Positions 28,160 to 42,100 of a stretch of 64,000 nt of DNA are shown here, one piece after another. Under the pieces are notes generated by a model. The model saw nothing but the letters and a program-made list of their open reading frames with translations. It ran no database searches and was not told the origin of the DNA. The stretch is taken from NCBI GenBank assembly GCA_004022145.1, contig RCNU01000007.1; one strand, given 5' to 3'. Positions within the stretch are counted from its first letter, which is position 1; each line of letters begins with the position of its first letter. This stretch comes from Paecilomyces variotii (lineage: Eukaryota). The translations under genes and the position numbers were made by a program.

Positions 28160-30570
28160 ATTTAAAAGTTTAGTCTTTCAATTGCTGTAGATTCCAATAT
28201 CGCTGCTCGAACGGTCGAGCTGGACGTTCAATTGCAATGGAGATTCGCGCTTGGCAGATTCTCGAGGAATTTTCCTTCTTTATAGCCGGGTGAGTTTTTA
28301 AGCACCGGCAGTTTGGACCAATGGACCGAGTAGAGCTTGTCGAGTATACAAGTACGGCCTCGGGAGCAACACAAGGGGGAACAGCACCAGGCTTCAGAGA
28401 ATCCGACGTCACAAACAGAAAGTGAAGGCGGATGGGATTTGGGGTCTCCAATGGTTATAACTGGGGGAGCCCGGAGCGAGGATCTTTACCTTGGTTAAGG
28501 TGGCGGCCCAAGACCAGCGACGAGAGAAGCTATGACGGGGAAGCGGAGAGAGCTGTCTGGACGAGCGGAAAGATGGAGAACCACCTCGACCACGGAGATA
28601 ACTCGCACAAATTTGGGAGAGGATCAAGAACCACGAATGCTCTCCCCACGACCTGGAGGAGACGCACTTTTTGTACTCCATGATCCATATAGATCACATC
28701 TCTCTCTCTTAACTCCGAGGCATATGCTTAGAGCCCGTGACCTGTCCTGTAATTTAATCAATTATTACTTTTAACCCTGCGCAGGGCTGGTCGAGCTCCC
28801 AGACGTCCCGAGAGGCCTCGGAAGTTCACACAGAATCGATCCATCTGCATCCGTCAAATGAGCTGGGTTCTTTTACCGCTAGGGGGGGGGTTCCCTTAGA
28901 AGTTAGGGGTAAAGTGGTTCTCCAGACGATATCGGTGCCAATAAACGATGGAGACATGCCTATTTCACGCCGTTCCTGGCACTCCACGGGAGATCCGACG
29001 TCGTCATGGACTTCATCGGCGTCCACTGTGCTGGGTCACAAGTGGTAACTATGGTAAGTTATTATTAAACTGGTAGTTAGAGGATTGGTAATATTGGTAA
29101 TAATCCTCGTCGTCCTCTCTGCCAGCCGTTATCGGCTCGACCGTTTGCGGGTAAAGCCGGTAATATTCCGGGTTTTGTCATGAAGTCCTAAGCCGAGGTT
29201 GCCCCAGCTTTTGGCCGCCGAAGCTCGGAATGAAGCATTCATAGCGGCTAGTAATATATAGATAATCGATATTGCACCTAACTAGGTCCTCTCCAGACCA
29301 AAAGAAAAAGAGCTCTCTTTCGGTGGTCCCTGCTGGAGAGTTACCCCATCTCCCCGGGACGCTGTTGATCGTTGTCACTCCTTGATCTTGATCTTCTTAC
29401 GATGGAACCGTTGCCCAGAGCGTTCAGGTTCAGTTGCTGGTACGGAGGAATACCATTTCCCCGTTCTCGGCTCGAAGCTCAGGAATATTCTCGGGTTACC
29501 GGAAACCCACGCTGAGGGCACGCCGTGATCCATGCCGGAGTTCGAGGCCAGGGTGTATTATCAAGCAAACCCATAAAAACAACTAGATAGTTTATAATCG
29601 TATTTCTTTTCAGTAGACGACGGAGACGGCGGAGTTATGTCTTCCAAAGACCGGTATAATCATGAAATTGTTTGTAATAATATCGATATTTGACGGCAGT
29701 GAGGTGATTCCCTGCCGCTATCCGAGCCCGATACTGTATACAAATTACCATACCTTTCAGTGGCACGAAATTATATACTTATGAGTTCCATCTTCTCGGG
29801 CCGTCAATTAGCTTCTGGGTGATCTTTCACGCGGTTGAGGACCGGACTTCTCTGCTCCGGTACATGAATAACGCTTTTCCACGTCCTTGATCGAACCATA
29901 GATATCTATGTTATATCTAATTTTGCCGCTGGGTTCTCACAAGCATCCTAATCAGATGGCACGTGCTCATTGTAATCGACTGGACGTGTTTTAGGGCGCG
30001 ATCACAAGCTGACGGTTGACCTGTGTTAGAACGTGTTTAGTCTAAACAGTTCTCTTTCACATGTGAAGACACTCATCTGAGTACTCAGGTTGGATTCTTG
30101 TCGATATACTTTTGTCGAAGATGTTCAATGACGAACTCCTAAGCTGTTATTTGATAGCACCAACCAGCTGACCAAATTGAAAGTAGGAGAAAAAATGTTG
30201 ATGTGAACACACGACCTCAAAGACTGTACCACTGAAACCTTCTGTCATTAGCACTGCAATGTATAAACGACCAGAGTCTGTGGTTGATGGTGCCAGTGAA
30301 GATCGGATAATATTCCAGCGATGGCTGCGGGGGAAAAAGATGTACCTAGCGGACTCCCTCCGATGATCCACCACTAAGATGTAGGCTTATCAGTCGGCTG
30401 CTTCACCGATCTCGTCGGACTGCTATTGCGATCGCAATGGAGAGGACAGCTCATCATACTCATTAATTCTCCATGGTGCTCTGGTCCAGATTGGCGCGGT
30501 GGACGGAGAACGGACCTTTCGAGCGTGGCTGTTGTGCACATGTCGTTTCCGCATTTTTTTCCGAATCAAG

Positions 30571-31957
30571 ATGGCCAATGGCGGTGAAGTCGCCGGTGCT
30601 CATAATGAGAAAAGGAAATCAAAGAAGACGAGAGGAGTTGCTGTCGTGAAGAAGGTACTGTTATTCCTTCTACACCAGTGGCTCCTCATTGGTATGGGTG
30701 TGGTTTGCGTACTGGCGTACTTCTTCCCAAATGTTGCAAAGCAAGGCGGCATAATCAGGACCGAATACAGCATTCTATATGGCGCCGTGGCATTGATCTT
30801 CCTGATATCGGGCCTCAGCATCCCGCGCCAGAAGCTTTTCAAGCATATGCTTAATTGGAGACTCCACGTGCTGGTCCAAGTCACTTCGTTTCTGTTCATT
30901 CCTGCGCTGGTGCTCGCCATTGTACATATAGTGTTGGCCGGTGACCCCTGGGGACATATCGATCGAGCGGTCCTGGCGGGCTATATCCTGGTCGCATGTA
31001 TCCCGACAACGATCGCTTCGAACGTGGTCATGACCAGAGCTGCCGGTGGGGATGATGCCGCAGCGCTGGTGGAGGTTCTGGTTGCGAATGTCCTAGGTCC
31101 GTTCGTGACTGCAGGATGGACGGTCACTCTGATACCCAATACACCTGAGTTCTCAGCATGGAAACATGGGGAAGGTGCACTCAACCAGATGTATCGAGAT
31201 GTCTTTAAGCAGTTAGGTCTAGCTGTACTCATCCCGCTGGCGGTGGGACAACTGATCCGATGGACCTGGTCAGATCAGACCGCATGGGTCCTTCAGAAGT
31301 TCAAGGTAGCGAAGGTTGGCACCTTTTGTCTGTTACTACTCATATGGTATGTGTTGCCGCGATTCTGGAAGGAGCGAAATGCAGTGGATATACCTAAAGC
31401 AACAATTATATGCTAACGAGGCCATTTCCAGGACCACATTCTCAACCTGCTTCGCTACAGACGCTCTCGAATCGCTCTCCGCCCAGAGCATCGTCTTTGT
31501 AGTCCTATTCAACATCGCCCTATACCTCTTTCTCACAGTGGTCTGCTTCGTCATCTCCCGTCCACCAAAGTGCTTATCTACTCTGCCGTGGGGCCGACGC
31601 ATTTTTAAAAGAGTCGACCCCGAAGAGACGATTGCTATCTGCTTCTGCGGCCCTGCTAAAACAACCGCGTTGGGAATCCCACTACTGTATGCCATGTGGT
31701 CCTCTGTTGACCTGTTTACGAAGGCGAAAACGTCCGTCCCAGTCCTGCTCTACACCACAGAGCAGGTCTGCGTGGCGCATTTCATGGTCTATATATTCCG
31801 CAGATGGCATAGCAGACTGCAAAAGAAGCAAGATATGGAGAGTATTGGTGAACCTGAGAGTCATACTGGGACCACGGATGGTCCTGATGACGCATCTCCT
31901 TTGGACTCGAAGGAGGTCGGTAGTGAACCGGATCGTCGGGCTACTGAGATAGAATAG
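30571..31957 (+). CDS. Sodium/bile acid symporter-like (SBF-like, SLC10A7/Rch1-type) membrane protein, 2 exons
   Basis: GAVALIFLISGLSI, PTTIASNVVMTRAAGG and FCGPAKTTALGIPL motifs. Confidence 0.88.
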
Positions 31958-32277
31958 TGTCGTGTAAAGGTATACCTGATGGTAGATTGCGATTTAATGA
32001 TAAATAATAATACGTAGCACTTCCTCGGAAAGCCAGCACTGCGATGAAAGAAGTGTCAAGCTTGCTTTATATGATAGCAGTACAATGATTTTCAATTTCA
32101 GATCCAAGCCGACCTAAATCAAGTTCCGTCTCTACCAGACTGTATCCCTATTTATCTATTTACAGTGGAAGGTGTAAGTATACACGTAAGCATGTGAGAG
32201 AAAAATATCCTAAGTCATCCGTCAAGCCCTATGAGTCGACGTGGTGTGGACCAGCAACATGCATCAGCAGCTCTTGA

Positions 32278-33700
32278 TCAGATGTAGCTGACCTTCACAC
32301 CCGCACCCACAGTTCCTCGAACCTTTTGCCAGCTCGTATTCATGATCCTGCGCACACGTTCTCGGACATCTTGTCTACTAACCGCCATGATGATGCCCAG
32401 CATGAACAGAAGCATGCGTAGAAGAGCCATCGGGTTGCCGGTCACATTTCGTGCTAGAGTGAGCAGAAGATTGTGAAGTGCAGTTGCCAAGGCGCGCGCC
32501 TGTCGTACCATGGGTGGAGATTTGGGCGTCTTTTTGACATTCTTCGACGACTCAGGGGGCGGCGAGAAGGTGGCCCGGCCCGAAGGATCAGTCGTCTTAT
32601 TGCTTGCAGACTTCTCCGTTGACTTGTTGCCACGGCTTTTGGATATCCCATTGGGATGGCTTTCAATGCCATAGTCAACCTCGCTGCCAGTTCGTTTGTG
32701 TCCGTTCTGCTGGGCGCGTGCGGCAGCCGCAGCTTCCTCTGCCCTTCTTCGCTCTTCCTCTGCTCTTCTTCGCTCTTCCTCTCGCGCCTGGCGTTCGAGT
32801 TCAGCTTCCCTTTCTCGTTGCAGCTCTGCAGCGCGCAGGCTGCCTCTCTCTTTTTCTTCCTTCAGGCCTTCGAGCGTCAGAAAGAAAGCCTCTTTCCTTT
32901 CTTCATCCAACACTTCGCTGAACTGGATAAACTCTCTAGCATAGTCCCATTCCTCGTTTCTCGGCAGAACGTGGAGGGTGAACAGTTCGAGTATCCTCAC
33001 TCTAGCCTCCAAGTCCTTTGGAGTATCTGTTCCGCTAGCAGCATGTGCGTGGCGGCGTCGTGATCCATGTTGAGACATCTCCATGTGGGCTGCAACGTCC
33101 AGATTTGGCTGTCCGTAGGACGACAGGTAGGTCTCAAGTCGCTGTTGGTTGAGAGTCTGCGACGGAGAGTGATTCAACAACAACGTAGCTCTGTAGGACG
33201 ATGGTTAGAGAAAGAACACTATAGCCAGTAGGGTATCTGACTGACAAGTTATACACGACTTCCGCATCTACTGAGCCCTCTCGTCCTCTGTAACCGGTCT
33301 GTACTATATACTCCCAGACGTCCCCATCTCGGACTTTGGAGACAAGAGCCTTCCATTCTTTCTGTCCAAATGTGCTCTTCCCCTCCTCAGGCCCAAGCTC
33401 CACAATGGCGCTAAGGAGTGTGATATATAGGTTCCACACCTTAATCCTTAGATTACTCGACGCGGTCGCGATTGGCGCAAGAGAAGACGCAGCATTATCG
33501 CCATTGATGTACTGTTCATCTTTGGGCGGCGCGTTGACAATTGGTTCGAGAGCTGTCAAAGCTTCTTGCAATCGACGCGTTAGGAAAAGCTGAGATGCCT
33601 TCTTGTAGGTTTGCGAACACAGCTTCGAGGTTGAAGGCGGAGAGGATGTGGGAAGTAATTGCGAATGCGAAGAGGATAGGTATGAGCTATCGTCGGCCAT
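32278..33700 (-). CDS. PEX26: Peroxin Pex26, tail-anchored
   Basis: YKKASQLFLTRRLQEAL, ELFTLHVLPRNEEWDYAREFI, coiled coil, C-terminal TM helix and KVRGTVGAGVKVSYI tail typical of filamentous-fungal Pex26. Confidence 0.85.
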
Positions 33701-34291
33701 TGTCGGAAGCTCAGGATCCGAAGATCTCGGCCTAATAACGGCTTTTATGGGTAAATACTGAAACAGGACAAGATGTAGGTTCTTTGTCGAGACCTGATGC
33801 GCTTTGAGTGACCGAAGACAGGGTTGGAGTTGGAGAGCTTCACTTTACCCTCGGCACGCGTCGCCTGGGGTGCGGGAAGGCTGATGTCACGGGATGGAGA
33901 TCTGGATCTGGAGAAACCGGCGCCAAACAGGACGCTTAAGCGAAGCCACCCGTCAGTCAAGCGGCACCATCTAGATGCTCTGCTTTGCTTGCTAGCATAG
34001 TTACATTGTGGCTGCTTCTACATATTTCCTCCATATTCCTTCTGAGCAGCTGCCTTATTTGCCATTGACATATTGCACGGTGGGGCCGGGGAGATCCCGC
34101 TATTCATTATCATGCTTGTAACCGCGCTATGGAAAGCATGATGAGATAGATGAATGAATGCTGAACTGCTCGGATTCAATTACTATGCTAGGATTCTATT
34201 GTGTTCTTCGTGTCCCCTCTTGATTATCCTACGACTCTGGACTTCTCACGTCTTCACCCTCATCTGGACGAGAAAGCCCCCTGGGGTAAAT

Positions 34292-36314
34292 ATGGATGTC
34301 ACCTCCCAGTCATTCTATTATCACCTCCCAAGGATTTTAGATAGCATTGCAACATGCTGTTTTGTATCGCTGGATCTTGAGTTTTCTGGGATCGCTACAA
34401 ATCCAGTGGGATTGACCGGTGCCCGAAGACAAACACTTCAGGAACGCTATGCTGAAGCCAAAGAAGCCGCAGACAAGTATCAGATCTTGCAAATTGGCCT
34501 CACGATCGGACTTGAAGATGCTAAGACAGGCTAGGACGGCTATTGATTGCTTATCATTGGTACTATGCTAACATTCAGTAGGAACTTACACACTCAAACC
34601 GTACAATTTCTATCTCAGTCCGATCATTGAACAGAGACTGGAAGTCGAGAGAATCTGGTCATACCAGAGTAGCGGTACAATCTCATTCGTATCTTTGTTT
34701 GGATGATATATAGACTAATGCCTTCTAGCTGTGGAGTTTCTGGTGGGGAATAAATTTCGCATGGAAGCTCCTTTCACCGAAGGTGTTCCTTATCTGTCTC
34801 GAGACGAAGAAAGGATAGCGCTCAGCAAAGCTCACGAACGGAGAGACCGGCCCCGAGAAACTGGTGCAATTGATGTGAAGGAGACAGACACTGAATCTTT
34901 GCAATTTTTAAAGCTTGTTCGACAGGGAATCGAAGCTTGGCTCGCTCTAGGTGAAGTAGGTTTCAATATTCTCTTTCGGTTCACCCGACTTATTTAGATA
35001 TCAGACGAGAGCAGGCTATCTCAATATCCCGCCACCAAGTCATATCGGTGCTGTCAGTGGTCCGAATGCCCTTCCAACAATACTCAACAGGTTCCAGAAA
35101 AGACTAGTCCATCGATTGATTGAAGCGGAATACCCGGAATTGAGATCCATCGGAAAGCCTACATTCGTACAGATTATCCCCTATGATGAAGCGCGAGAGA
35201 GAGACGTCGCCAATGAAAGAGTGAGGCGAACGGATGAACGCATCTTAAGACAAACAGGCATGAGATGGATCGCTGAGGCCTTGGCCGGGGGAGATTTGAC
35301 AAGGCTTGACCCAGGATACTTCATGGGCATCATGGCAAACTCAGCCTCTGTTGAGGGCAAGTATTCGTTGAAAGAGTTCGCTGACAGGCTTAAGCTTCGG
35401 TTACTGGCAAACAGGCCGGTCCTAGTCGGTCATAATCTTTTCACAGACGTAATCTATTTTTGCAGCTGCTTTTTCGGAAGTTTGCCTGAACGTGTGGAAG
35501 AGTTTCAGGAACTGGTTCATGGCCTTTTCCCCGTTCTTATTGATACGAAATACATGGCCACGCACGAGTGTGGTTCAATCAACCCTGCCTCGTCGCTTTC
35601 GGAAATCAATGATAGTCTGAAGGACGTGAAGAAACCAAGCATCGGTTGGTAGCTCTTCTCATATATACTGATTTTGTTGCTAACGGGGCGTCGCTAGTCG
35701 TGGACCCAACCCATAACAAATACGAAGGCCAGAAACTACATCATGAAGCAGGGTACGACAGTCTGCTCACAGCCCAAGTATTCATCAAGTTGTCTTCCCA
35801 GCTACGCAATGGAGGCATACCTATGGATCCACGAGCAAAATCATTCGTCCCAAAGCGGGATATCTATACCGAGATGAGTGAACTCAGCCTGGACAGTTCA
35901 GCATCTTGTGCATCGAGTACATCGGGGAACAGCTCTGTCGAGATGACCGGCAAAACTTCTAGAAAAGACCGACCTGCCCAGAAACCGGTCGACTGGCAGC
36001 AACGAGAAGAGGTTACTAGGATCCGCTCAGCCTTTGCACATCGGACCAAATATGATCTTCTGACAGACCTGGCTGAAGAGATAGAAGATGTCCCTGAGAG
36101 CGAGATACCGGTGAGTGCCAATCCGTTGGCTGGTCCTACAGAGCCTCAGCTCCTGGCCTTCGAGGACGAAGAAGCGATAGCGCAAAAAGTCAAGGATGGA
36201 GAGCTCATCCCTCGTTTCGGGGCGTCATTCTGGAAGGTCTATGGAAACAAACTCCGCGTATTTGGAACGGAGGAACGAGTCTGCGTCTTAGGCAAGGTGA
36301 AAAGTCAAAGATAA
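34292..36314 (+). CDS. CAF1-family DEDD ribonuclease (PARN-like), 5 exons
   Basis: SLDLEFSGI, YQILQIGLT, LVGHNLFTD, IDTKYMA and HEAGYDS exonuclease motifs. Confidence 0.88.
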
Positions 36315-36842
36315 GACTTTCGGCCTCTTTGCTGCTCTGCCCCAGTACACGACCACTTGGTCCTGCACAGATGCCATCCATGGGCTTAGAATACCCTGGA
36401 CTACGTAGTCTTAGAAGAAGATGAAATGTCTAACATAATCACCAACTAGGTGCCAACTAGAGCTCAAAAAGAGATTCTCTTTCGGCTCAGCATGGGTCAG
36501 AATTATGTATGCAGAGTCTATCTAACCGTACGCCTTGATTGAGAAGGTACCGCTAGCGAAAATTGACTGCATATCGCTCTGAGCACCGCTAAATGATCGA
36601 CTGGTCGTGGAGTAACAGAACGCAGTGATGATAAGGATGGGTGCTGTAGAGAAGAAAAATTGCGAAAATAGAGCAACAAGCGGCGGTTTTGAGTAGCCCG
36701 GTCTGGTCACGCGGAGGCTAACCCGTCTGGGGACTAGCGCGTCTTCGGAGGCTCGCAGCGCTCTCAGGCGGATGGACAACCGTGAACTTTTCTTGGAGAG
36801 ACCGGAATCCACGAGCGCCCAATATCCAGCACTGTCGGGGAG

Positions 36843-38041
36843 ATGGCTGCAGGATCCAATGGTGCCAGGCGCATAGCGACGCTATTGCGTATGTTGTTTC
36901 CCGGCCTTCAATCAATGTGTGGGGTGCGCTGTTGCTGATGTCTCTTTTCTCACAGGGCCTTCTGTCTTCGACTCCGCGGTGTGCAGAAGCTGTCAAGAAA
37001 CACTCGTCCGCCGCAACTATGCTACTGCTGCCGCAGCAACTGCAGAAAGCCAGTCTGAACCTGCTCCTCCGTCCGTGGGTTCATCGAAACCAGATACCGC
37101 TGCTACTCATCCGGTCCTGAAACCTACCTATGTCATTAATGCCGGAGTTCTGCTCTCTCGGCCTCCGCAGATCACCCGCGACCTGACGCCGTTTGAAAAA
37201 GCATACTATTTCTACCAGAAGCGATTAAACGAGCGTCTTGCTCTTCCTTTCACCAGATACTTCTACTTCAAGCGAGGTACGCCCGCCGACGAAGATTGGA
37301 AGCGCAAGTACCGGGAGCGCCAGACTCCTTCCCGCGATATCGGAAAATACAATGCCTATTCCCCGGACGCATGGAATGATGAGCTGCTAGTTGGTGCAGT
37401 CGAATCCGAGCCAGAGCACCAGATTGAGATGCTTGTGCGCGATGCGGAGAGTACCACCACCGGCACTCAGGAAGGAACCAAGAAGGAGGAGGTTCCGCGG
37501 CCGTTCCCTCGTGTGACAGAGGCAGACCAGAAGAATGACCAGAAGAGCCTGAACCGCGCTCTGCAACGTACACTCTACCTACTTGTCCAGACCAAGGAAG
37601 GATACTGGAAGTTCCCGAGCTCACCCGTGGAGGAGGGCGAGAATCTTCGATCGGTGAGTACTCTAACGTGATATATTTCTATCCTGCCTATGATTATCAG
37701 CCAGAGTACAGAAACTGACCATGTTTCTGCTATCCTAGGCTGCTGAACGAACCCTCGCCCAGTCTGCTGGTATCAACATGAACACCTGGATGGTCGGCTA
37801 CCACCCTGTTGGCCACCACGTTTACAACAACCGGAAGCCCAAGGTGGATGAGAAGACTGGAGTCGAGCTTCTGGGCGAGAAGACTTTCTTCATGAAAGGC
37901 CGCATCATGGCCGGCCAAGCTGATCTCAAGGCCAACAACCAGGGTCTCCAGGACTTCAAGTGGCTGGCCAAGGATGAGATTCAGTCTCTGGTCCTGCCCC
38001 AGTACTTCAGCCACATCCGGAACATGCTGGCGGAGAGGTAA
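36843..38041 (+). CDS. MRPL17: Mitochondrial large-subunit ribosomal protein mL46 (yeast MrpL17), 3 exons
   Basis: LSRPPQITRDLTPFEKAYY, RVTEADQKNDQKSLNRALQRTLYLLV, MNTWMVGYHPVGH and EKTFFMKGRIMAGQ. Confidence 0.9.
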
Positions 38042-38429
38042 ATGGTGAGGCGAAGAGTTATGAGAGGAGGCTTGTACGATGGTGGATTCGCCGAGACGAA
38101 AGCAACTACGAGTGCATATCCGTTCGATGGTCTCTTTCTTCCCCTCTCCTGCATTGTGAAGGCCAGTTGGCGTCTTGCTTATATCCGTCTGTAGCGTAAA
38201 TGGGGATTTTCACAGAAGAGCATATACTTTGAAATGTATAACTAGATACTATTATCAGTTCGCAAAATGATTTTCAAGTTTCTCCATTCCCATTGAGCGC
38301 TCCTATAAGTAACTCCTAAAACTCCCAATCATAATACCCAATCTCTTGGACAATGCCATCAAGAAACAATATTACCACAAATATGAAATAAATCATCACC
38401 ACAACAGCATATCACAAGATCACCCCATC

Positions 38430-39173
38430 CTACTTCAAATTAAACTTCTGCCCCTGTACAACCGGCTGGGTTGTCGAGGTCTTTGAACTCAAACTCTTTC
38501 CACACATCGGACATGCTAGATTGATCATTAGCAACGGACGTGTACCCGGAACCAAACGAGAGCCAGAGAAGATAACAACCAATCAGACTGAAGAGGAAAA
38601 GGAGGAAGGAGACAATTCATTGATGCACGTACCATTCTTTTTATACGCACATGTCTGACAGTATTTGCGGCCCTGCTCGACCTTGGTTTTGCATTGGTCG
38701 CATGAAGATGCGTATGCAGCGTAGGGGTTCTTTGCCTTTGCACTCAAGAGTTTGTTCTGTTGGCGGTTGTTAGTTATGTACTGCTATGTGTGATCGGCGG
38801 GAATTTGGATAATGAGATGATAGATAGATGAAAAAGAGGAATGATATCAGATATTCGAAACCAATCAAAGAGAGGGACGGGTTCCGTAACTAATCTTAAC
38901 TTCATCCATAGAAAGAACAGGACACGACACACAATATCACAACTTGACATGGGATATTCATGAATAAAGCACGTAAACCCAGAAAAGAACCACAATCTCA
39001 ATACAACTCACCTTACTGATCCCCGTATTCCCCAAAGTCGGCTTAGACTTGGCATCTCCGCCGCCACCTAACGTAGTAGACGGAGAGCCGTAGTACATAT
39101 CATTCTTCCGCTTCACGCCCGGAGTAGCCAGCTCAGTCTTCTGGAGCTTCTTCTGGCATTTACCGCAGACCAT
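38430..39173 (-). CDS. CRIPT: CRIPT-family cysteine-rich protein, 3 exons
   Basis: MVCGKCQKKL...LATP start; NKLLSAKAKNPYAAY...CTNAKP/YCQTCAYKKN exon (about 38630-38760); ACPMCGK final exon. Confidence 0.82.
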
Positions 39174-42100
39174 GACGGGCGACACGACTCGTTGTCTGGC
39201 CGGTGGCGCACGAGCTGATCGGACAGATAATACGGGACGGAGCCCGTGTGGCGTCACGTGTACTTGAGAATCAAGTCAAGGATGTTGAGGTCTGAAAAGG
39301 TACTCTTTGCTGTGGATTCGATGCTTTACTAGAGCGTACTGTCAAGTTGATGCAGGTTGATGAAGTAATGGTAAATAGGTACTTTCGATTGAAATAGAGG
39401 CGATATGTATCCGTTAGATATGGACGCACCGCCACCTGTATGGCGGGACTCGGAAACGCCAAGGCTTTCCATCGAATAGCATTGCCGTCCTTGGGTGTTT
39501 GCCTGAGGCATTACTGATGGTTTGTATGTATACATGTGTCCGACCTGTGACAGGGAGTTTTGTAGGAACAATCAGATATATTGAGTTTCACTATATCGAG
39601 GATTTTGAGCTCCAACAGGAAAATTATGATAATTGATCTGTCTCTATCAAATACGGACATGTAACGTTTAGCCAGGTACCTAGTAGTTGAGTCGGAAGAT
39701 GCTACCCCGTTCCTAGATACGGTTCCCCGAGGTGATAATAAAAGTCTGTGAATAGGATGCATGAATACTTTTGGGTCTGATTTTGAATGTTTGGTATCCC
39801 ACATATCATACATATGAAATCTGTCCACGGCTCTCACAGGAAGATGTACTTTCGACTAGCGGTGGATAGGGCAATTCCTGACCCTGAAGCGTAAAGGGAA
39901 CCTGATTGGCTGGTTTTCATATTTAAGGCATATTCGAGTTCGTTATAGAGAGCATTCGAACTAACAGAGCTACCTAGGAGCTTCCTCAAGGAAGCAGTCC
40001 ATCCCAGGAGATGAGAGTTGATTGTTTCTGGGAATATTCAATGCCGTATGAGCATGTCCAGCATCAATTAACGCTATCTGTCGGATTGATCTTGCGTTCA
40101 TATTGTCAATCCACATCAATGCAGTGCACTTATATCTCGATAGCATTGGTCAGGTCGATGAGAAACAGCATATACTAATGTAGACTAATAAATCCGGCTC
40201 TCTGGATATGTACGCATGATATTGTTCTAAGAAATATGGGGAAGTATCACATCCAACGAAGCAGACTAAAACAGCTTATGAATCTGTGTTTGAAGTAGGC
40301 GGCATGTAACCTCGTGACCGGGGACGGTGACCTTAGAGGACTCCGCGCTTTCTTTCTCCAGAGTTCAATTGACATCCACACCTGTCAGAAATACTACCTC
40401 AAAAACGCTCCTTCATGCTCTCCCACCAATTCCGTTCGATAAGAAGTATGGCGATGTTTTCTTGGCTTAATATTACAGGCATACAGCATGACCAGACAGA
40501 ATGAGTTCTCCTGTGAGCAACAGACGAGCGGAAGTCCCAAGTCGACTTCTTCTACTAGCAGCAGAAGGCAGAATTGCTGTCTCCATAAAAATCCGTCAGT
40601 CCCAAATACAATTCGATTAAGCACAGGGAAATGGTCCACGAACCACCCCTATGCAGACCCTCACTCGATCACTGATTCTTGCTTACAAGCCAATACAGGC
40701 CATACTTTATCCTTATCAAGCCTCATAGGACGAACGAGATTCTCCAATAATATATGTAATTCTACCATCAGTGAAACAGATTGGAAGTTCACATGATAGG
40801 GGACAACTTAACATCGATTTCCATAACGATCTGATTATATTTTCGACTTGGAATGCGAAATTCTCATGTAATGGTTACAAGCGGGGAATGACATGGACAT
40901 ACTACCTAACGAGTCTGCAACTATCGAGTTACATCGTCGGCTCTCTCATCTAATACTGCGCAAATATTCTTCTCCCTGCAACTTGACGATATGAAACAAC
41001 ATCGAGTCGGAGGTGAGTTGATGTCCTCCCTCAGGATGTATGTCTGACACCTCATGGGACATCAGATAATTCTCGAATTAAGTTGCAAATCTAGACCGTG
41101 TCGGAGTGGCCGATGGGGCGAAAAGGACCACTCTCGTCTGAAAGCGAGCAAGGGTCGACAGGGGGCAGGGCAGCCGGCGCCGACCTTGAGAAGTGAACTT
41201 AAGCTTCTTTTCTCCTGCGCTGCCTGGGGACGAATGAGGATCAAAAGACCAAGAAACCGCGAATAGCGGTCAAACAAGGATTTGCATACTATGATTTCAT
41301 AGAATGCCACTCACTCCTTTATCGCTGTACTGGGGGTCAGCCTTAGTGACAGTGACCGAGGACTGCCAGGTGGGCGAAAATATTGAGAACACCGTCTATA
41401 GAATGCTTGGTACTACTGTCTGGTCCTGCAGGTGTTCGGGGTATGCGAACAGAATGCGACCAATGGTTCCCGGAAACTCCGAGGCTTCTGCAACTTGACA
41501 GTATCTGGCCTATCACAGAACAATGCCAAAAGCACCAGCAAATGTTTCGATCGCGCATGGCGATCAGGTACCGATCACGGATGCAACAGTCAAACGGAAC
41601 GTGAGCGGCTGAACATCGTGGCTCCGCCGTCTCCAGCTGGCGTCACGATTAGAGCAAATATCATTTGATCTCGAACCCAACAACGACGCCGCCTGTGCCT
41701 CAAAGAGCACTGTCGAATCTAGCAGGGACAGGCTGAGAATGGCACGGTAGACAAGGATTACGAATCTTTCCTGCATTCAACTTCACAGCCACACAGTCCC
41801 CAACGTCCAACAGATCTCAGACAATAATAATGGAGGCGATCCAGCAAGATACAGCAGCCATGATTGCGTTGTGGACCACTAGCTGGAGAGCTAGGTCGGA
41901 CAGTGTTCCACGGGGCGGCAAGCGAACAGAGCAAGATGGCTAGAACAGCCGCGGTAGTTGGTTGCATGCCCGTGCTGCTGACACAAACAATATGGTGTCT
42001 TCTTTGTTTTATTCGATGCATCGAAGAAGCGATCGCAGTCCTTGGATGGCCATACAGAAGATAGCCCTTGGTTGCCATCTCCGGATTCGCGGGTCGCCCC

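Noticed and set aside
28160-30570. FacB/Cat8-type carbon-source response elements upstream of SFC1
   Set aside because: CCG/CGG triplets are present (e.g. about 29120-29175) but I found no exact consensus match, so it is not supportable by eye.
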